Source: Candidatus Cloacimonadota bacterium
GTDB taxonomy: Bacteria; Cloacimonadota; Cloacimonadia; Cloacimonadales; TCS61
NCBI GenBank assembly: GCA_030600585.1
Contig: JAUVLU010000001.1
Span: forward strand, 57,071 to 121,070
DNA length: 64,000 nucleotides
Reading direction: 5' to 3'
Position 1 is the first letter of the stretch; every line of letters starts with the position of its first letter. A program made the position numbers and the translations under genes. The notes below the pieces were generated by a model, which did no database searches, was not told where the DNA came from, and saw only the letters and a list, made by a program, of their open reading frames with translations. Shown here one piece after another: positions 29,997-40,732 of this stretch.

Positions 29997-30264
29997 AAAA
30001 CATCGTTGCTTTAAACGACATATTCTTTTCCAGTTGGCTTTGCGTTCCATAGGATAAAAGAAACTCCGCAAAAACAGTAAGACCTTTCCGAAATCTAACT
30101 TCTATGAAAATTCTATCGAAAGAGATTCAGAAAAGTTTGAACTGTTTTGTTCTTTCAAAAACAATTTTTATCTTGACCTTAAAAAAAAGATTAAATTATT
30201 CATATTATAGAAGTTATATTCAGATATAGAGTGTTCTAAATTTAGTTTAAGAAGGAGTTGAGCT

Positions 30265-31539
30265 ATGAATATTGGGATTATTATCGGACGGATAGGAGAT
30301 ATCGACGGTGTAGCTTTGGAAACTGAAAAGTGGATCAGGGTCCTAAAAAAGTTGGGGTATAAAATATTTATTCTTTCCGGTCAGTTCAAAAAAAGCATTG
30401 TTGGCAAGAAAAACGAAAGTATATGGCGTGCTCTTTCTTTCTTTTCGCCTGAATGTGAATGGGAACAGAACCGTGCCTTCTTCTTCCCTGAATTTGAACA
30501 ACAGGAATTGATAGATCATCTTGTTGATACTTCCAACGAAATTGCTGCACATATTTTCAAATGGATGTTAAAGAAAAAAATCGATGTGTTGCTAACAGAG
30601 AATAGCACTTCACTTCCTTGTCATCTTTCCATGGGCATGGCTATTAAAAAAGTAGCGGAATTTGGATGCAAGCCGGTTGTATCACATAATCACGATTTCT
30701 ACTGGGAACGGGGTAACAGGTATAAAACACCGCATAAAAAAGTAAAAGAAATTGTAAAAACCACATTTCCTCTGAATTTGCCAAACATACATCATGCGGT
30801 TATAAATAGTTATTCTAGAGATGTTCTAAAAAAAAAATACAATATTGATGCAGTTGTAGTTCCAAACGTAATGGATTTTGATAAACCTTTTGCTCGTAAA
30901 AGTCAGTATAATCGTTCCATGCTTTCCGAAATAGGATTGGAGAAAACAGATATCCCGCTATTTCAGGTTACCCGCATTGTGCGTAGAAAGGGAATTGAGA
31001 CTGCTATCGAAATGGTTCATCGTTTGCAGGATAAACGTATTAAATTGATCGTTACGGGTAGTGCTGCTGATGATTCCAGGAAAGGTTACTATAAAGAACT
31101 GTTGGAAACCATCAAAAAACGCAAGTTGGATAAACAGGTTGTATTTGGTCATAGACATATCCTGAATGAACGTGGAAAAGGTTGGCGAGGCCGTAAAATA
31201 TACAATCTTTCCGATGCTTACGCCAATGCAGTTGCCTGTACGTATTTCAGTACTTACGAAGGGTTTGGTAATGCATTTATGGAATGTGTACTGGCAAAGA
31301 AACCTGTCTTTGTGAATAATTACAAACCTGTTTTTTGGCCGGATATAGGAAGTAAGGGTTTTAAAACCGTGATGTTAGAAGATAACGTTCTTACCGATGA
31401 TGCTTTGGTAAAAATGGAAAAAATCATCCATAATACAGATTTGCAAAAAGAAATAGCAGAATATAATTACGAACTTGGCAGGAAATATTTCTCTTTTGCA
31501 ATTCTACAAAATAAATTGGAAGAGCTTTTTCGATTTTAA
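30265..31539 (+). CDS. GT4 glycosyltransferase, mannosylglucosylglycerate synthase (MggS)-like
   Basis: DGVALETEKW, HNHDFYWER, FPLNLPNIHHAVIN, VVPNVMDF, TRIVRRKGIE, YEGFGN; motifs recalled from Thermotoga MggS. Confidence 0.75.
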   Translation: MNIGIIIGRIGDIDGVALETEKWIRVLKKLGYKIFILSGQFKKSIVGKKNESIWRALSFFSPECEWEQNRAFFFPEFEQQELIDHLVDTSNEIAAHIFKWMLKKKIDVLLTENSTSLPCHLSMGMAIKKVAEFGCKPVVSHNHDFYWERGNRYKTPHKKVKEIVKTTFPLNLPNIHHAVINSYSRDVLKKKYNIDAVVVPNVMDFDKPFARKSQYNRSMLSEIGLEKTDIPLFQVTRIVRRKGIETAIEMVHRLQDKRIKLIVTGSAADDSRKGYYKELLETIKKRKLDKQVVFGHRHILNERGKGWRGRKIYNLSDAYANAVACTYFSTYEGFGNAFMECVLAKKPVFVNNYKPVFWPDIGSKGFKTVMLEDNVLTDDALVKMEKIIHNTDLQKEIAEYNYELGRKYFSFAILQNKLEELFRF

Positions 31540-31551
31540 GCTTATTTAACA

Positions 31552-33264
31552 ATGTTTGAAGATTTCAAAAATCTGAAGTTCACATCATGGTTTGAACTGA
31601 ATGATTTTTTAGAAAACTTACAGAACAAACAATTAATAAAAGATCGAAAGGAAAGCTATAAGGCTTTCCTGCAAAAGATTGAACATAGCGGAATTGTCTT
31701 CATTACTTTCGAATACGGTATCGATGGTGTCTCCACAGAAATTGCCAAATATATCACGATGTTTCACAAAATACTTCCCAAAGTTGATATTCATCTTATC
31801 GGTGGAGAATTTGACGAAAGATTTGATATGGCAATCAAAGAAAAATGTCAGCATTTTACAGTACAGGGAATGGCAGGATTCGCCAAATGGAAACTGTTCG
31901 ACCTGTTTTTTCATACTAAACTGCAACGAGGTGAAAAACAGTATAACTATCTTTTAAATGAGTTCTGGGAAGATACACTATACTTGTTAATGCAGATAGG
32001 AACCTATATTGCTCAACATGGTATTAAATTGCTGTACGTAGTTAATACAAATTCCAATCCGGGTAATGTATCTCTTGCACTGGCTCTGGTTCTAATCTCA
32101 TCGTATCTTGATGTACCGGTCATTTCCAATAATCACGATTTCTATTGGGAAGCAGGGAAAAGTGAAGTAGATATAAAATATCAAGGTACTAAACATGGAC
32201 CTCGAGATCATTTTTTTACTAACTCACACCTTCCAGAGATTTTCGCTATCATCGAAATGCTCTATCCATGGAAAGCGAAAAACTGGCTGGCAATGAATAT
32301 TAATTATCAACAATCTGATCTACTGGTGAAAAAGTTCAATTACGATCCTGCTGCTATATGTGTTATTGGCACTGCTATCGATACACAGAAATTCAAATCA
32401 CTTGACGATGAAGAAAAAAAAAGAAATATATTCTTCCTGATTAAGCGGCTTATTGCCGGTAAGAAAAACAAATTACACTCGATTTCTATCGAGAAGGCAA
32501 TTAAAAACAAAAAATTGCAGAAAACACCTTATCCATTTGTTACCAGCTTAGAAGATAACATAAATTTTAACTTTTGTGCTAATAATCTGCTCATCTTGCA
32601 GCCAACCCGAATTATAGAAAGAAAGAGAATCGAATTGGATTTTCTCTTGATAAGTGCATTATTAGAAAATTCCCGGTTTAATAACTGGATGAGAAGCGGT
32701 AAAATAGAGAACATCGTGCTGATGATTACCGGTCCCATTCTGAAGGGGCATGAGGGATATTTCACTTTTTTACTTAAGGAATTTCAAAGAATGCTTCTGG
32801 CAATAAAGCCTGAGTTCAGTTCCAAAATATTTCTCTCATTTTTATTCAGTAAATTCGATAAGCCGGATTATATTAGAAAAGAGATAAAACCATTAAAAAT
32901 ACAAGATCTGTTCCAATTAGCATCACTGGTTACATTGCCCAGTAAAACTGAGGGGAGGGGGCTGCCCATTATAGAAGCTTGTGCCTGTGAAACTCCCATA
33001 ATTACCAACAGGTATTATCCTGAAAGCATTTATGCATGGCTGGTGGGAGAACACTTATCCTCAAAATTCAGATTGTATCCTATTGAATTTGAGGACAGGT
33101 TGGATACAAGAGTTATTGACGAGGTTGTGGAACATTTGGCAAAATGTAGGAAATGGCAATTGCGACATAACAGACTGATCATTAAGAAAAGATACAGTTT
33201 TCCGTTATTACAAAACGACATGGAAGCTGCTTTGCAGAAATTATACCAACAACTGCAAGGATGA
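31552..33264 (+). CDS. GT4 glycosyltransferase, longer paralog of the upstream gene
   Basis: DGVSTEIAKY, NNHDFYWE, LQPTRIIERKRIE, PSKTEGRGLPIIE. Confidence 0.75.
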   Translation: MFEDFKNLKFTSWFELNDFLENLQNKQLIKDRKESYKAFLQKIEHSGIVFITFEYGIDGVSTEIAKYITMFHKILPKVDIHLIGGEFDERFDMAIKEKCQHFTVQGMAGFAKWKLFDLFFHTKLQRGEKQYNYLLNEFWEDTLYLLMQIGTYIAQHGIKLLYVVNTNSNPGNVSLALALVLISSYLDVPVISNNHDFYWEAGKSEVDIKYQGTKHGPRDHFFTNSHLPEIFAIIEMLYPWKAKNWLAMNINYQQSDLLVKKFNYDPAAICVIGTAIDTQKFKSLDDEEKKRNIFFLIKRLIAGKKNKLHSISIEKAIKNKKLQKTPYPFVTSLEDNINFNFCANNLLILQPTRIIERKRIELDFLLISALLENSRFNNWMRSGKIENIVLMITGPILKGHEGYFTFLLKEFQRMLLAIKPEFSSKIFLSFLFSKFDKPDYIRKEIKPLKIQDLFQLASLVTLPSKTEGRGLPIIEACACETPIITNRYYPESIYAWLVGEHLSSKFRLYPIEFEDRLDTRVIDEVVEHLAKCRKWQLRHNRLIIKKRYSFPLLQNDMEAALQKLYQQLQG

Positions 33265-33359
33265 TAGCAGCAAGTATGTATCCGGTGGGTGTGTATTTTT
33301 ATTAGTTTATTATAACATTCATGGTTACAAGTAGGGTCAATTTCTCGAATTTACCGATA

Positions 33360-34000
33360 AACTCGTTCGCAAGTTGAACTTGCGAATGCAATTGTGTTGA
33401 TAAGTTCAACTTATCAACAAGAAAATATGAAAAGATTTTCAGACGATTAAGGATAAGCGTCCCTAATTTTTTTTGTTCCCCTTCGTAAGGGGAATGCAAG
33501 GGGTTCTTATGCTTCACAAAACCGTCATCCTGACGTTTAGCAGCAAACCACGTCTCGAGCAAGGTTACCGTAAATCAGCAATAAACATTTTAGCCCTTCA
33601 GTGTAAACTGAGGGGCTTTTTTTGTACCACGTTCATCCTGAACGTGTTTAAACGATCGGAACGATCGTTTTACTTCTTTCGCTCACTCTCTTTCAACTTA
33701 GCACAAGATCATTCTGACTTGTGCCAAGTTTCTGATAGTTCTCGTTCCCAAAGCTTTAGGACGTTAAATGCGAAGCATATTTAACCGTTCCCTCTTGTAC
33801 TCTCGTTCCCAAAGCTCTCTTTGGGAACGCAATTTGGTAACCAGAATATTAACTATGAGAGTGATGGGCATGTTGTCATTCTCGACCAGATCAGGGATCT
33901 GTAAGATCCCCAGTCAAGCTGAGGATAACATAAAAACAATAATTCAACACGAGTTTTCTTTAAGCCCCTCTCTTGGTTTGAAGAGAGGGGTTTGGGGTGA
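33360..34000. repeat. Patchwork of REP-like palindromes with an orphan terminator-like hairpin
   Basis: ttcgcaagttgaacttgcgaa; tgttgataagttcaacttatcaaca; ttccccttcgtaaggggaa; agcccttcagtgtaaactgaggggcttttttt (from 33592); gttcccaaagctctctttgggaac; cccctctcttggtttgaagagagggg. Confidence 0.75.
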
Positions 34001-34072
34001 GTTCAAAAATAACTTGCCTATAATTTCTTTAAAATAAACTTAACACAAAAATAAATCACTGGAGGCTTAGTA

Positions 34073-35152
34073 ATGAGAGTTCACAATTTTAGTGCAGGAC
34101 CGGCAGTTTTACCGGAAGAAGTATTAAAAGATATTCAAAAAAATTTAGTAGATTACAAAGGTAATGGATTATCAGTTTTAGAGATGAGTCATCGTTCGGC
34201 ACAATATATGGAAATAATCGAAGGTGCACGTGCCAGATTATTAAAGATCATGGGCTTAGGTGATGATTATGAAGCTTTATTTCTTCAAGGTGGAGCAAGC
34301 ACACAATTCTTTATGATCCCGCTTAATTTTTGTGATGATGATAAAGTAGCTAACTATATTGATACAGGTGCTTGGAGTACAAAAGCAATTAAGGAAGTTA
34401 AAATATTAGGTAAGAAATTGCATATTGCTGCCACATCCGAAGATAAAGAATTCACTTATATTCCCAAGAAATGGAAATTGTCTGAAAATGTTGCCTATCT
34501 TCACATAACAACTAATAACACAATTCGTGGAACAGAATGGAAGATAAATCCCGATGTCCCTGCTGATGTTCTATTGATTGCAGATATGTCTTCGAACTTT
34601 CTTAGCAAACCACTTGATTTCAGTAAATATGATATGATCTATGGTGGAGCTCAGAAAAATATTGGACCGGCTGGTGCTACATTTGTGGTTCTTAAAAAAT
34701 CTATGCTGGAAAAGATCAATCCCAACCTTCCTTCAATGATGAACTACAATACTCACGTAAGTAAAGATTCCATGTTCAATACACCACCAACATTTTCTAT
34801 CTATGTAATTGGCGAGATTCTGAAATGGATCGAGGGTAATGGCGGCTTAGAAGGTATGCAGAAGATCAATGAAGAAAAAGCTGCTTATATTTATGATGTT
34901 ATAGACAATTCAGATTTCTACACCGGAACTGTTGTAAAGGAAGATCGCTCTTTAATGAATATTCCATTCCGCTTACCAACTGAAGATCTGGAAAAGAAAT
35001 TTGTAGCAGAAGCTGCCGCAAATAATATGTTTAATCTTAAGGGACATAGAAGTGTAGGCGGCTGCAGAGCTTCCGTTTATAATTCTCTTCCAATGGATTC
35101 AGCAAAAGCTCTTTCTCAATTTATGCTCGATTTCGAGAAAGCGAATAAATAG
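34073..35152 (+). CDS. serC: Phosphoserine aminotransferase
   Basis: NFSAGPA, EMSHRS, QGGAS, NNTIRG, DMSS, GAQKN, NTPP, GHRSVGG.RAS.YN. Confidence 0.97.
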   Translation: MRVHNFSAGPAVLPEEVLKDIQKNLVDYKGNGLSVLEMSHRSAQYMEIIEGARARLLKIMGLGDDYEALFLQGGASTQFFMIPLNFCDDDKVANYIDTGAWSTKAIKEVKILGKKLHIAATSEDKEFTYIPKKWKLSENVAYLHITTNNTIRGTEWKINPDVPADVLLIADMSSNFLSKPLDFSKYDMIYGGAQKNIGPAGATFVVLKKSMLEKINPNLPSMMNYNTHVSKDSMFNTPPTFSIYVIGEILKWIEGNGGLEGMQKINEEKAAYIYDVIDNSDFYTGTVVKEDRSLMNIPFRLPTEDLEKKFVAEAAANNMFNLKGHRSVGGCRASVYNSLPMDSAKALSQFMLDFEKANK

Positions 35153-35169
35153 TACAAAAATTATATCTT

Positions 35170-35211
35170 ATGCGGGTTTTCCAATAATTAACGGGAATCC
35201 CGCATTTATTT
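35170..35211 (+). terminator. Hairpin/terminator after serC
   Basis: atgcgggttttcc...gggaatcccgcat followed by ttattt. Confidence 0.55.
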
Positions 35212-35766
35212 ATGAAAGAAACAAAAATTCAGGTAGAACAACATACGATAGATCTTTCTGATCTCAGATTGATCCATCTTGCTTTTTTCACAGCATTTGC
35301 CATTGCCATTTATGTGGTAGAAAGCTTCATTCCAAAACCTTTCCCATTTATGAAGCTTGGACTGGCAAATATCGTTGTTTTATTATTGCTGGTTTCCGGT
35401 AATGTGCGATATGCACTTATTGTAATAATTGGAAAGACGGTTGCAGGCGGATTTTTTACCGGCTTATTCCTTAGCCCGACAACACTTCTTTCTATCAGCG
35501 GCAGTCTTTGTTCGCTCTGTGTGATGACGCTATTCATAAAAAGTAAAATCCGTTTCAGCATGATCGGAATAAGCATTTTGGGAGCGGTAACACACAATTT
35601 TGCTCAAATAGCGGTTGTCCGTTTGATACTCATAAAAGAAAATACAATATTTTATTTGACGCCGCTTCTAATTATTATGGGAATAGTTACTGGAATTATA
35701 ATAGGTTATATAGCTAAAATGTTTTTGGATAGGATAAATGGAGATTATGAAAAAAGAAGTAATTAA
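35212..35766 (+). CDS. Gx transporter / heptaprenyl-diphosphate synthase component I family membrane protein
   Basis: ES.IPKP.P.MKLGLANIV, S.IGISILGAVTHN.AQ. Confidence 0.88.
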   Translation: MKETKIQVEQHTIDLSDLRLIHLAFFTAFAIAIYVVESFIPKPFPFMKLGLANIVVLLLLVSGNVRYALIVIIGKTVAGGFFTGLFLSPTTLLSISGSLCSLCVMTLFIKSKIRFSMIGISILGAVTHNFAQIAVVRLILIKENTIFYLTPLLIIMGIVTGIIIGYIAKMFLDRINGDYEKRSN

Positions 35767-38137
35767 ATATTTATTTATTATATTAATGATAATAATTTTT
35801 TTTATGGGAATAGGATTCGGTCTGTTCCGATATTATAGTAGAGAGCTTCCACCGCTTTCTGAACTGCAAAGTTATGAAATGAAAGTAGGTTCCGAAGTTT
35901 ATGACCGTAATGATAATTTGATCCATATTTTCTATGTGGAGAAGAGACAGCTTACGCATTTAAAAGAATTACCCGATTACATTACCAAAGGTATCATGGC
36001 TGTTGAAGATAAGAATTTCTATAAACATTGGGGTATGGATCAGTTAGGTCTTATTCGAGCAATTATTATTGATATCAGTAAGGGAGATTTTTCTCAGGGA
36101 GCAAGCACGATAACTCAACAGCTTGCGCGAAATATGTTTCTTTCACTTGATAAAAAAATACCACGAAAGATCAAGGAACTTATACTTGCGATCCGCATTG
36201 AAAAGAATTTCTCTAAAGATGAAATATTAGAAATGTATCTCAATAAATCTCCTTTCGGTCCCGGATTATATGGTATTGAAGTGGGATCAAAGAAGTATTT
36301 TGGAAAGGATGCTAAAGATCTTTCAATTCCGGAAGCAGCACTTCTTATTGGGATGCCGCAACTACCCAGTGCCTATTATCCTTTCCGTTATCCTCAGCGC
36401 GCAATTCTTAGAAGAAATACTGTTTTAAAACGGATGTATGAAGAAAAGGTAATTACTAATGAAGAATATACCGAGGCTCTTGATACTGAATTGGAATTAT
36501 TTGAACAAAGCGGAGATTTCGAGGCGAAAGATTATTTCGTAGAATACATTCGTATAAAACTTGAACGTGAATTCGGTACTACTCAACTTTTCACAGGTGG
36601 ACTTAAAATTTATACGACTCTTGATATGGAGCTTCAGGAATATGCCGATTCCGTATTGAATATGAATCTTAAAAAATTCGAGAAGAAAAACGATTATGAA
36701 TTTCAATATGATGATTTTCCGGCTGATACGATTAACATTGTAACACCCTATGTTCAAGGTGGTGTGTTCTCAATTGAACCGGAAACAGGTTATGTGCGGG
36801 TGATGATAGGTGGAAGGAATTTCAATCATAGTAAATTGAATCGTGTGATGCAGTCGATACGGCAGCCCGGCTCTTCCTTCAAACCGATATTGTATTCTAC
36901 TGCTCTTGTAAACGGCTACACCCCTGCTACCATAATTGAGGATGAGCCTTTCTCTTTTATCCAGAATGATACACTTTTCTGGAGTCCGAAAAACTACTCG
37001 AATCGAAATTTCGGATATACTCGATTGCGTACCGGATTAAAAAAATCCAGAAATATTTATGCAGCCAAAACAATATTTGATCTTGGACCCAGAAAGGTAA
37101 TGGAATTTACCGAACGATTTGGAATTACAACTCCGGTTTATCCGTTCTATACTCTTGCAGTTGGCAGCATGGAAGTTAAACCTTTTGAATTGATAACTGC
37201 TTACACAACATTCCCAAATGGCGGTGAACGGGTGAAACCAATATTTATCAGACGAGTTGAAGATAAATATGGTAAGATCATGAAAACAAATGAGCCGGAA
37301 AAGATCAGGGTTATAAATGAACAGGCAGCTTATATTATGGCTAACTTGATGAAATCGGTTTGTGAAGATGGAACAGGTGTAGGAATTCGCTGGCAATCCG
37401 GTTATGAGACACTTGGTTCGATAAGCTATAAATGGAATGCTGCCGGTAAAACAGGAACTACGGATGACTTCAGGGATGCCTGGTTCATTGGATATAATAA
37501 AAAACTTGTTACAGGTATCTGGATTGGTTTTGATGATAATTCAAGTTTGGGGAAAGGGCAATCTGGTGCTACAGCAGCACTGCCATCATGGCCTTATATA
37601 ATGAAAAAAGCAGTTTATCTGGATTCACCCAAAAACAGTAAGGGAAATCCGATCGTGAACGGAGACGAACTGCAGTTTAAAAAACCTGATGGCATTATTA
37701 CTGTGGAAATTTCCAAAGAGACAGGATTGCTTCCAAAAAATGACTACGAAGAAACAATGCAGGAAATTTTTATTGCAGGAACAGAACCAACACCGCTTAG
37801 CGATAGCTTGAATTACAATTTCTATCCAACATTCTACCGTGAGCATAATATGGATTCTCTCGTTGTTGATCTGGGTGGAGTTGCTTATGTATGGCCGGAT
37901 TCAATTATTTTTGAACCTACTTATCCCGATACAACACGACCGGATTATATGGAAATGGCACCTCGGCATGAACCGGATCCAATTGATTTAAGAGGCGCAC
38001 TGATCTTAAAGCATAAGAAAATTGTAGAAAGACCCGACAGCTTGTTGTGGAAAGGACCTGAATGGCTGAACCCTGTGCAGGACTCTCTTGATGCATTGGA
38101 TAAACTTATAGAATCATTGATCAAGGCGGAAAGGTGA
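35747..38137 (+). CDS. Class A penicillin-binding protein (PBP1A family)
   Basis: EDKNFYKHWG, GASTITQQL, RKIKE, GSSFKP (SxxK), SRN, KTGT. Confidence 0.95.
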   Translation: MKKEVIKYLFIILMIIIFFMGIGFGLFRYYSRELPPLSELQSYEMKVGSEVYDRNDNLIHIFYVEKRQLTHLKELPDYITKGIMAVEDKNFYKHWGMDQLGLIRAIIIDISKGDFSQGASTITQQLARNMFLSLDKKIPRKIKELILAIRIEKNFSKDEILEMYLNKSPFGPGLYGIEVGSKKYFGKDAKDLSIPEAALLIGMPQLPSAYYPFRYPQRAILRRNTVLKRMYEEKVITNEEYTEALDTELELFEQSGDFEAKDYFVEYIRIKLEREFGTTQLFTGGLKIYTTLDMELQEYADSVLNMNLKKFEKKNDYEFQYDDFPADTINIVTPYVQGGVFSIEPETGYVRVMIGGRNFNHSKLNRVMQSIRQPGSSFKPILYSTALVNGYTPATIIEDEPFSFIQNDTLFWSPKNYSNRNFGYTRLRTGLKKSRNIYAAKTIFDLGPRKVMEFTERFGITTPVYPFYTLAVGSMEVKPFELITAYTTFPNGGERVKPIFIRRVEDKYGKIMKTNEPEKIRVINEQAAYIMANLMKSVCEDGTGVGIRWQSGYETLGSISYKWNAAGKTGTTDDFRDAWFIGYNKKLVTGIWIGFDDNSSLGKGQSGATAALPSWPYIMKKAVYLDSPKNSKGNPIVNGDELQFKKPDGIITVEISKETGLLPKNDYEETMQEIFIAGTEPTPLSDSLNYNFYPTFYREHNMDSLVVDLGGVAYVWPDSIIFEPTYPDTTRPDYMEMAPRHEPDPIDLRGALILKHKKIVERPDSLLWKGPEWLNPVQDSLDALDKLIESLIKAER

Positions 38138-39246
38138 TCTTTCAAATCATTTATGCTGTAACATTCGTATTTCTGCTGATCTACCTGTTTTATTTGCGTT
38201 TATTTTATATTGGTTTAAAGAATAGAAATGTAAATTTTAAGTATTCCAAACCTTTTGTCTCTGTAGTTGTTGCAGCCAGAAATGAAGAGAATAATATTGC
38301 CCGCTTGCTTACAACTTTGGTAAATCAGAGTTATCCGGCAGATCAATTTCAAATAATTATAGCTAACGATGATTCTACCGATGGAACGATTTCAATCGTG
38401 AATCAATTTGCTGATAAATGGGATAATATAAAGTTATTAAATGTAACCGGAAGAGATAAGGCAATTTCCGCTAAAAAGAATGCTCTTTCTCAGGCTATAG
38501 AAATGGCGGAAGGTGAGATAATCCTTTCAACAGATGCCGATTGTCTGGTAGGAAAATATTGGATAGAATCTATGGTTGCTTGTTTTGATGATAACGAAAT
38601 GGTTATTGGTTTTTCACGCACGCAATTAACAAATTGGAGAAAAACCGGTTTTATCAGGAAATTTGAGCATTTCGATTTTTTAGCGATGCTATTTGCTGCT
38701 GCGGGTGCAATTTCATCCGGGAAATATTTCTCTTGCTCGGGGCAGAATATTGCCTATACAAAAGAAGCTTTTAATAAAGTTGGTGGTTTTAAAAAGATCA
38801 AGCATCTCATCTCCGGTGATGATGTAAATCTTATGCAGCTTTTTCGTAAAAGCGGGATGAAAGTAGGTTTTGCTTTTACCGATCACAGTTATGTTTATAC
38901 TCAACCAATAAAGAATATCGGGAAATTCTTAAGTCAGCGAAGTAGATGGACTTCCAACATGAAATGGCAGATACTGCTTAATCCTGAGTTTTTTATTTAC
39001 CTGTTAAGTGTATTCTTCATTACTTTCCTGCCGATAGTTATTCTGTTTGATGTTTGGAAATTGGGAATTGGAGTGATCTTATTAAGGATATTCTTAGAAC
39101 TCATTTTCCTTAAATATGGATATGAAGTTTTTGGCGAAGATAAAAAAAAGTTGATGTTTTATCCTGTATGGTTTATCGTGCAGCCGTTCTATATTATTGC
39201 TGTTGCTGTAATGGGTGGCTTGAATATATTTTCATGGAAGAAATAA
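38134..39246 (+). CDS. GT2 glycosyltransferase with TM helices
   Basis: VAARNEE, DDSTDGT, TDADC, SGDD, QRSRW. Confidence 0.9.
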   Translation: MIFQIIYAVTFVFLLIYLFYLRLFYIGLKNRNVNFKYSKPFVSVVVAARNEENNIARLLTTLVNQSYPADQFQIIIANDDSTDGTISIVNQFADKWDNIKLLNVTGRDKAISAKKNALSQAIEMAEGEIILSTDADCLVGKYWIESMVACFDDNEMVIGFSRTQLTNWRKTGFIRKFEHFDFLAMLFAAAGAISSGKYFSCSGQNIAYTKEAFNKVGGFKKIKHLISGDDVNLMQLFRKSGMKVGFAFTDHSYVYTQPIKNIGKFLSQRSRWTSNMKWQILLNPEFFIYLLSVFFITFLPIVILFDVWKLGIGVILLRIFLELIFLKYGYEVFGEDKKKLMFYPVWFIVQPFYIIAVAVMGGLNIFSWKK

Positions 39247-39262
39247 CAAATAGGAGGTTACT

Positions 39263-40720
39263 ATGATTTTATTTAAAAGAGTATTATTTGCAGTTTTATG
39301 TATTTCAATGTTATCGGTGCTTTCGGCGCAGGATGATTATGAAACCTGGAAATCACAGCAGAAAACGGAAATGGTTAAATACATAAGTGAACAGGATAAA
39401 GCTTTTGCAAGTTTTCTGGAAAAGAACTGGGAACAATTTGAAGCTTTTAAAGGGAACGTGAAAGATACTACACCAAAACCAAAAGAAATACCGGAAGTTG
39501 AACCAAGAAAGATCGAAGAATTAGAAGTTACGAATAAGATAAAAGAAATCAAAATTCCTCCTAAAATGCAAATAGAAGAAAAAGAGCAGAAAGATTGCAT
39601 GGTGAAGGTTGAAATGACAGAAGATCCAAGAGTAACAATTAATTATCTGGGCTTACCATTAGAATTAAATTATCAGCAGCAGGTTGATATTCAACTGCAA
39701 AGCCCTATTAATGAAAAAGGTATTGCCGATTTCTGGTATTCCATAAGTAATATTGATCACACTACTTTCTTTGCTCAAACAAGCGATTATAGAGAACAGC
39801 TCAGGTTAAATGATTGGGGATACTGCTTACTGCTTAATGAGATCACAAATCAGGTTTCCGGCGGTTCACAGAATTTATCTAGACTTTTATTGTGGTTCAT
39901 GCTCACAAAATCAGGATATGAAGCTAAAGTTGGATTTGCAGAAGATAATGTATATTTGCTTTTGCCCTGTAAAAATACAATTTATGGAGTTTCTTATATT
40001 ATTATAGATGATAAAAGATTTTATACATTATCATTTGATAAAGAAGAGCAGCTTAATATTTCGATAAATACATACAATGGGAAATATCCTGATGCAGATG
40101 ATCTTATTGATCTTAGCGTAAACGAAACTCCGAAAATTAAAAATACTTTAATTGAAAAAGAATTGAAGTTCAAATATGAAAATCAAGAATATACTATTCC
40201 TGTAACTTATAATCAGACAACTGCAGAATATTTCAAGAATTACCCGCAGACAGATCTGGAAGTATATTTCAAAGCTCCGCTTTCTGAGGAAGCAACTTAT
40301 TCGCTTACTATAGGATTGAAACCAATTTTGGACGGCAGGACAGAAGCAGATGCAGCAAATGTGCTGCTAAGATTTGTACAAACTGCGTTCCAATATAAAA
40401 CAGATGGAGATCAATTTGGTAGTGAGAAAAGTCTGTTCTCAGATGAAACATTATTCTATCCTTACTCAGATTGTGAGGATAGATCAATAATCTTTGCTTA
40501 TTTAATAAGTAATATTTTAGATTTGAATGTGATCGGATTAGATTATCCGGGGCATATTTCAACTGCTGTTCATTTTCAGAATGAATTAAGCGGAGATAAA
40601 GTTAATTATCATTCTACAAACTTCGTGATCTGTGATCCGACCTATATAAATGCAAATGTTGGGATGGCTATGCCGAAGTTCAAAGAAGTTGAACCAAAGA
40701 TAATAGACCTTAATAAATAA
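39263..40720 (+). CDS. Exported protein with C-terminal transglutaminase-like Cys-His-Asp domain
   Basis: Signal peptide; SDCEDRS, YPGHIS, ICDPTY. Confidence 0.7.
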   Translation: MILFKRVLFAVLCISMLSVLSAQDDYETWKSQQKTEMVKYISEQDKAFASFLEKNWEQFEAFKGNVKDTTPKPKEIPEVEPRKIEELEVTNKIKEIKIPPKMQIEEKEQKDCMVKVEMTEDPRVTINYLGLPLELNYQQQVDIQLQSPINEKGIADFWYSISNIDHTTFFAQTSDYREQLRLNDWGYCLLLNEITNQVSGGSQNLSRLLLWFMLTKSGYEAKVGFAEDNVYLLLPCKNTIYGVSYIIIDDKRFYTLSFDKEEQLNISINTYNGKYPDADDLIDLSVNETPKIKNTLIEKELKFKYENQEYTIPVTYNQTTAEYFKNYPQTDLEVYFKAPLSEEATYSLTIGLKPILDGRTEADAANVLLRFVQTAFQYKTDGDQFGSEKSLFSDETLFYPYSDCEDRSIIFAYLISNILDLNVIGLDYPGHISTAVHFQNELSGDKVNYHSTNFVICDPTYINANVGMAMPKFKEVEPKIIDLNK

Positions 40721-40732
40721 GCAGGTAAAAAA

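Noticed and set aside
33302-34037. Short ORFs of 86-103 aa here (also 25307-25543 and 60788-61168)
   Set aside because: They are translations of REP patchworks with no RBS or recognisable domain
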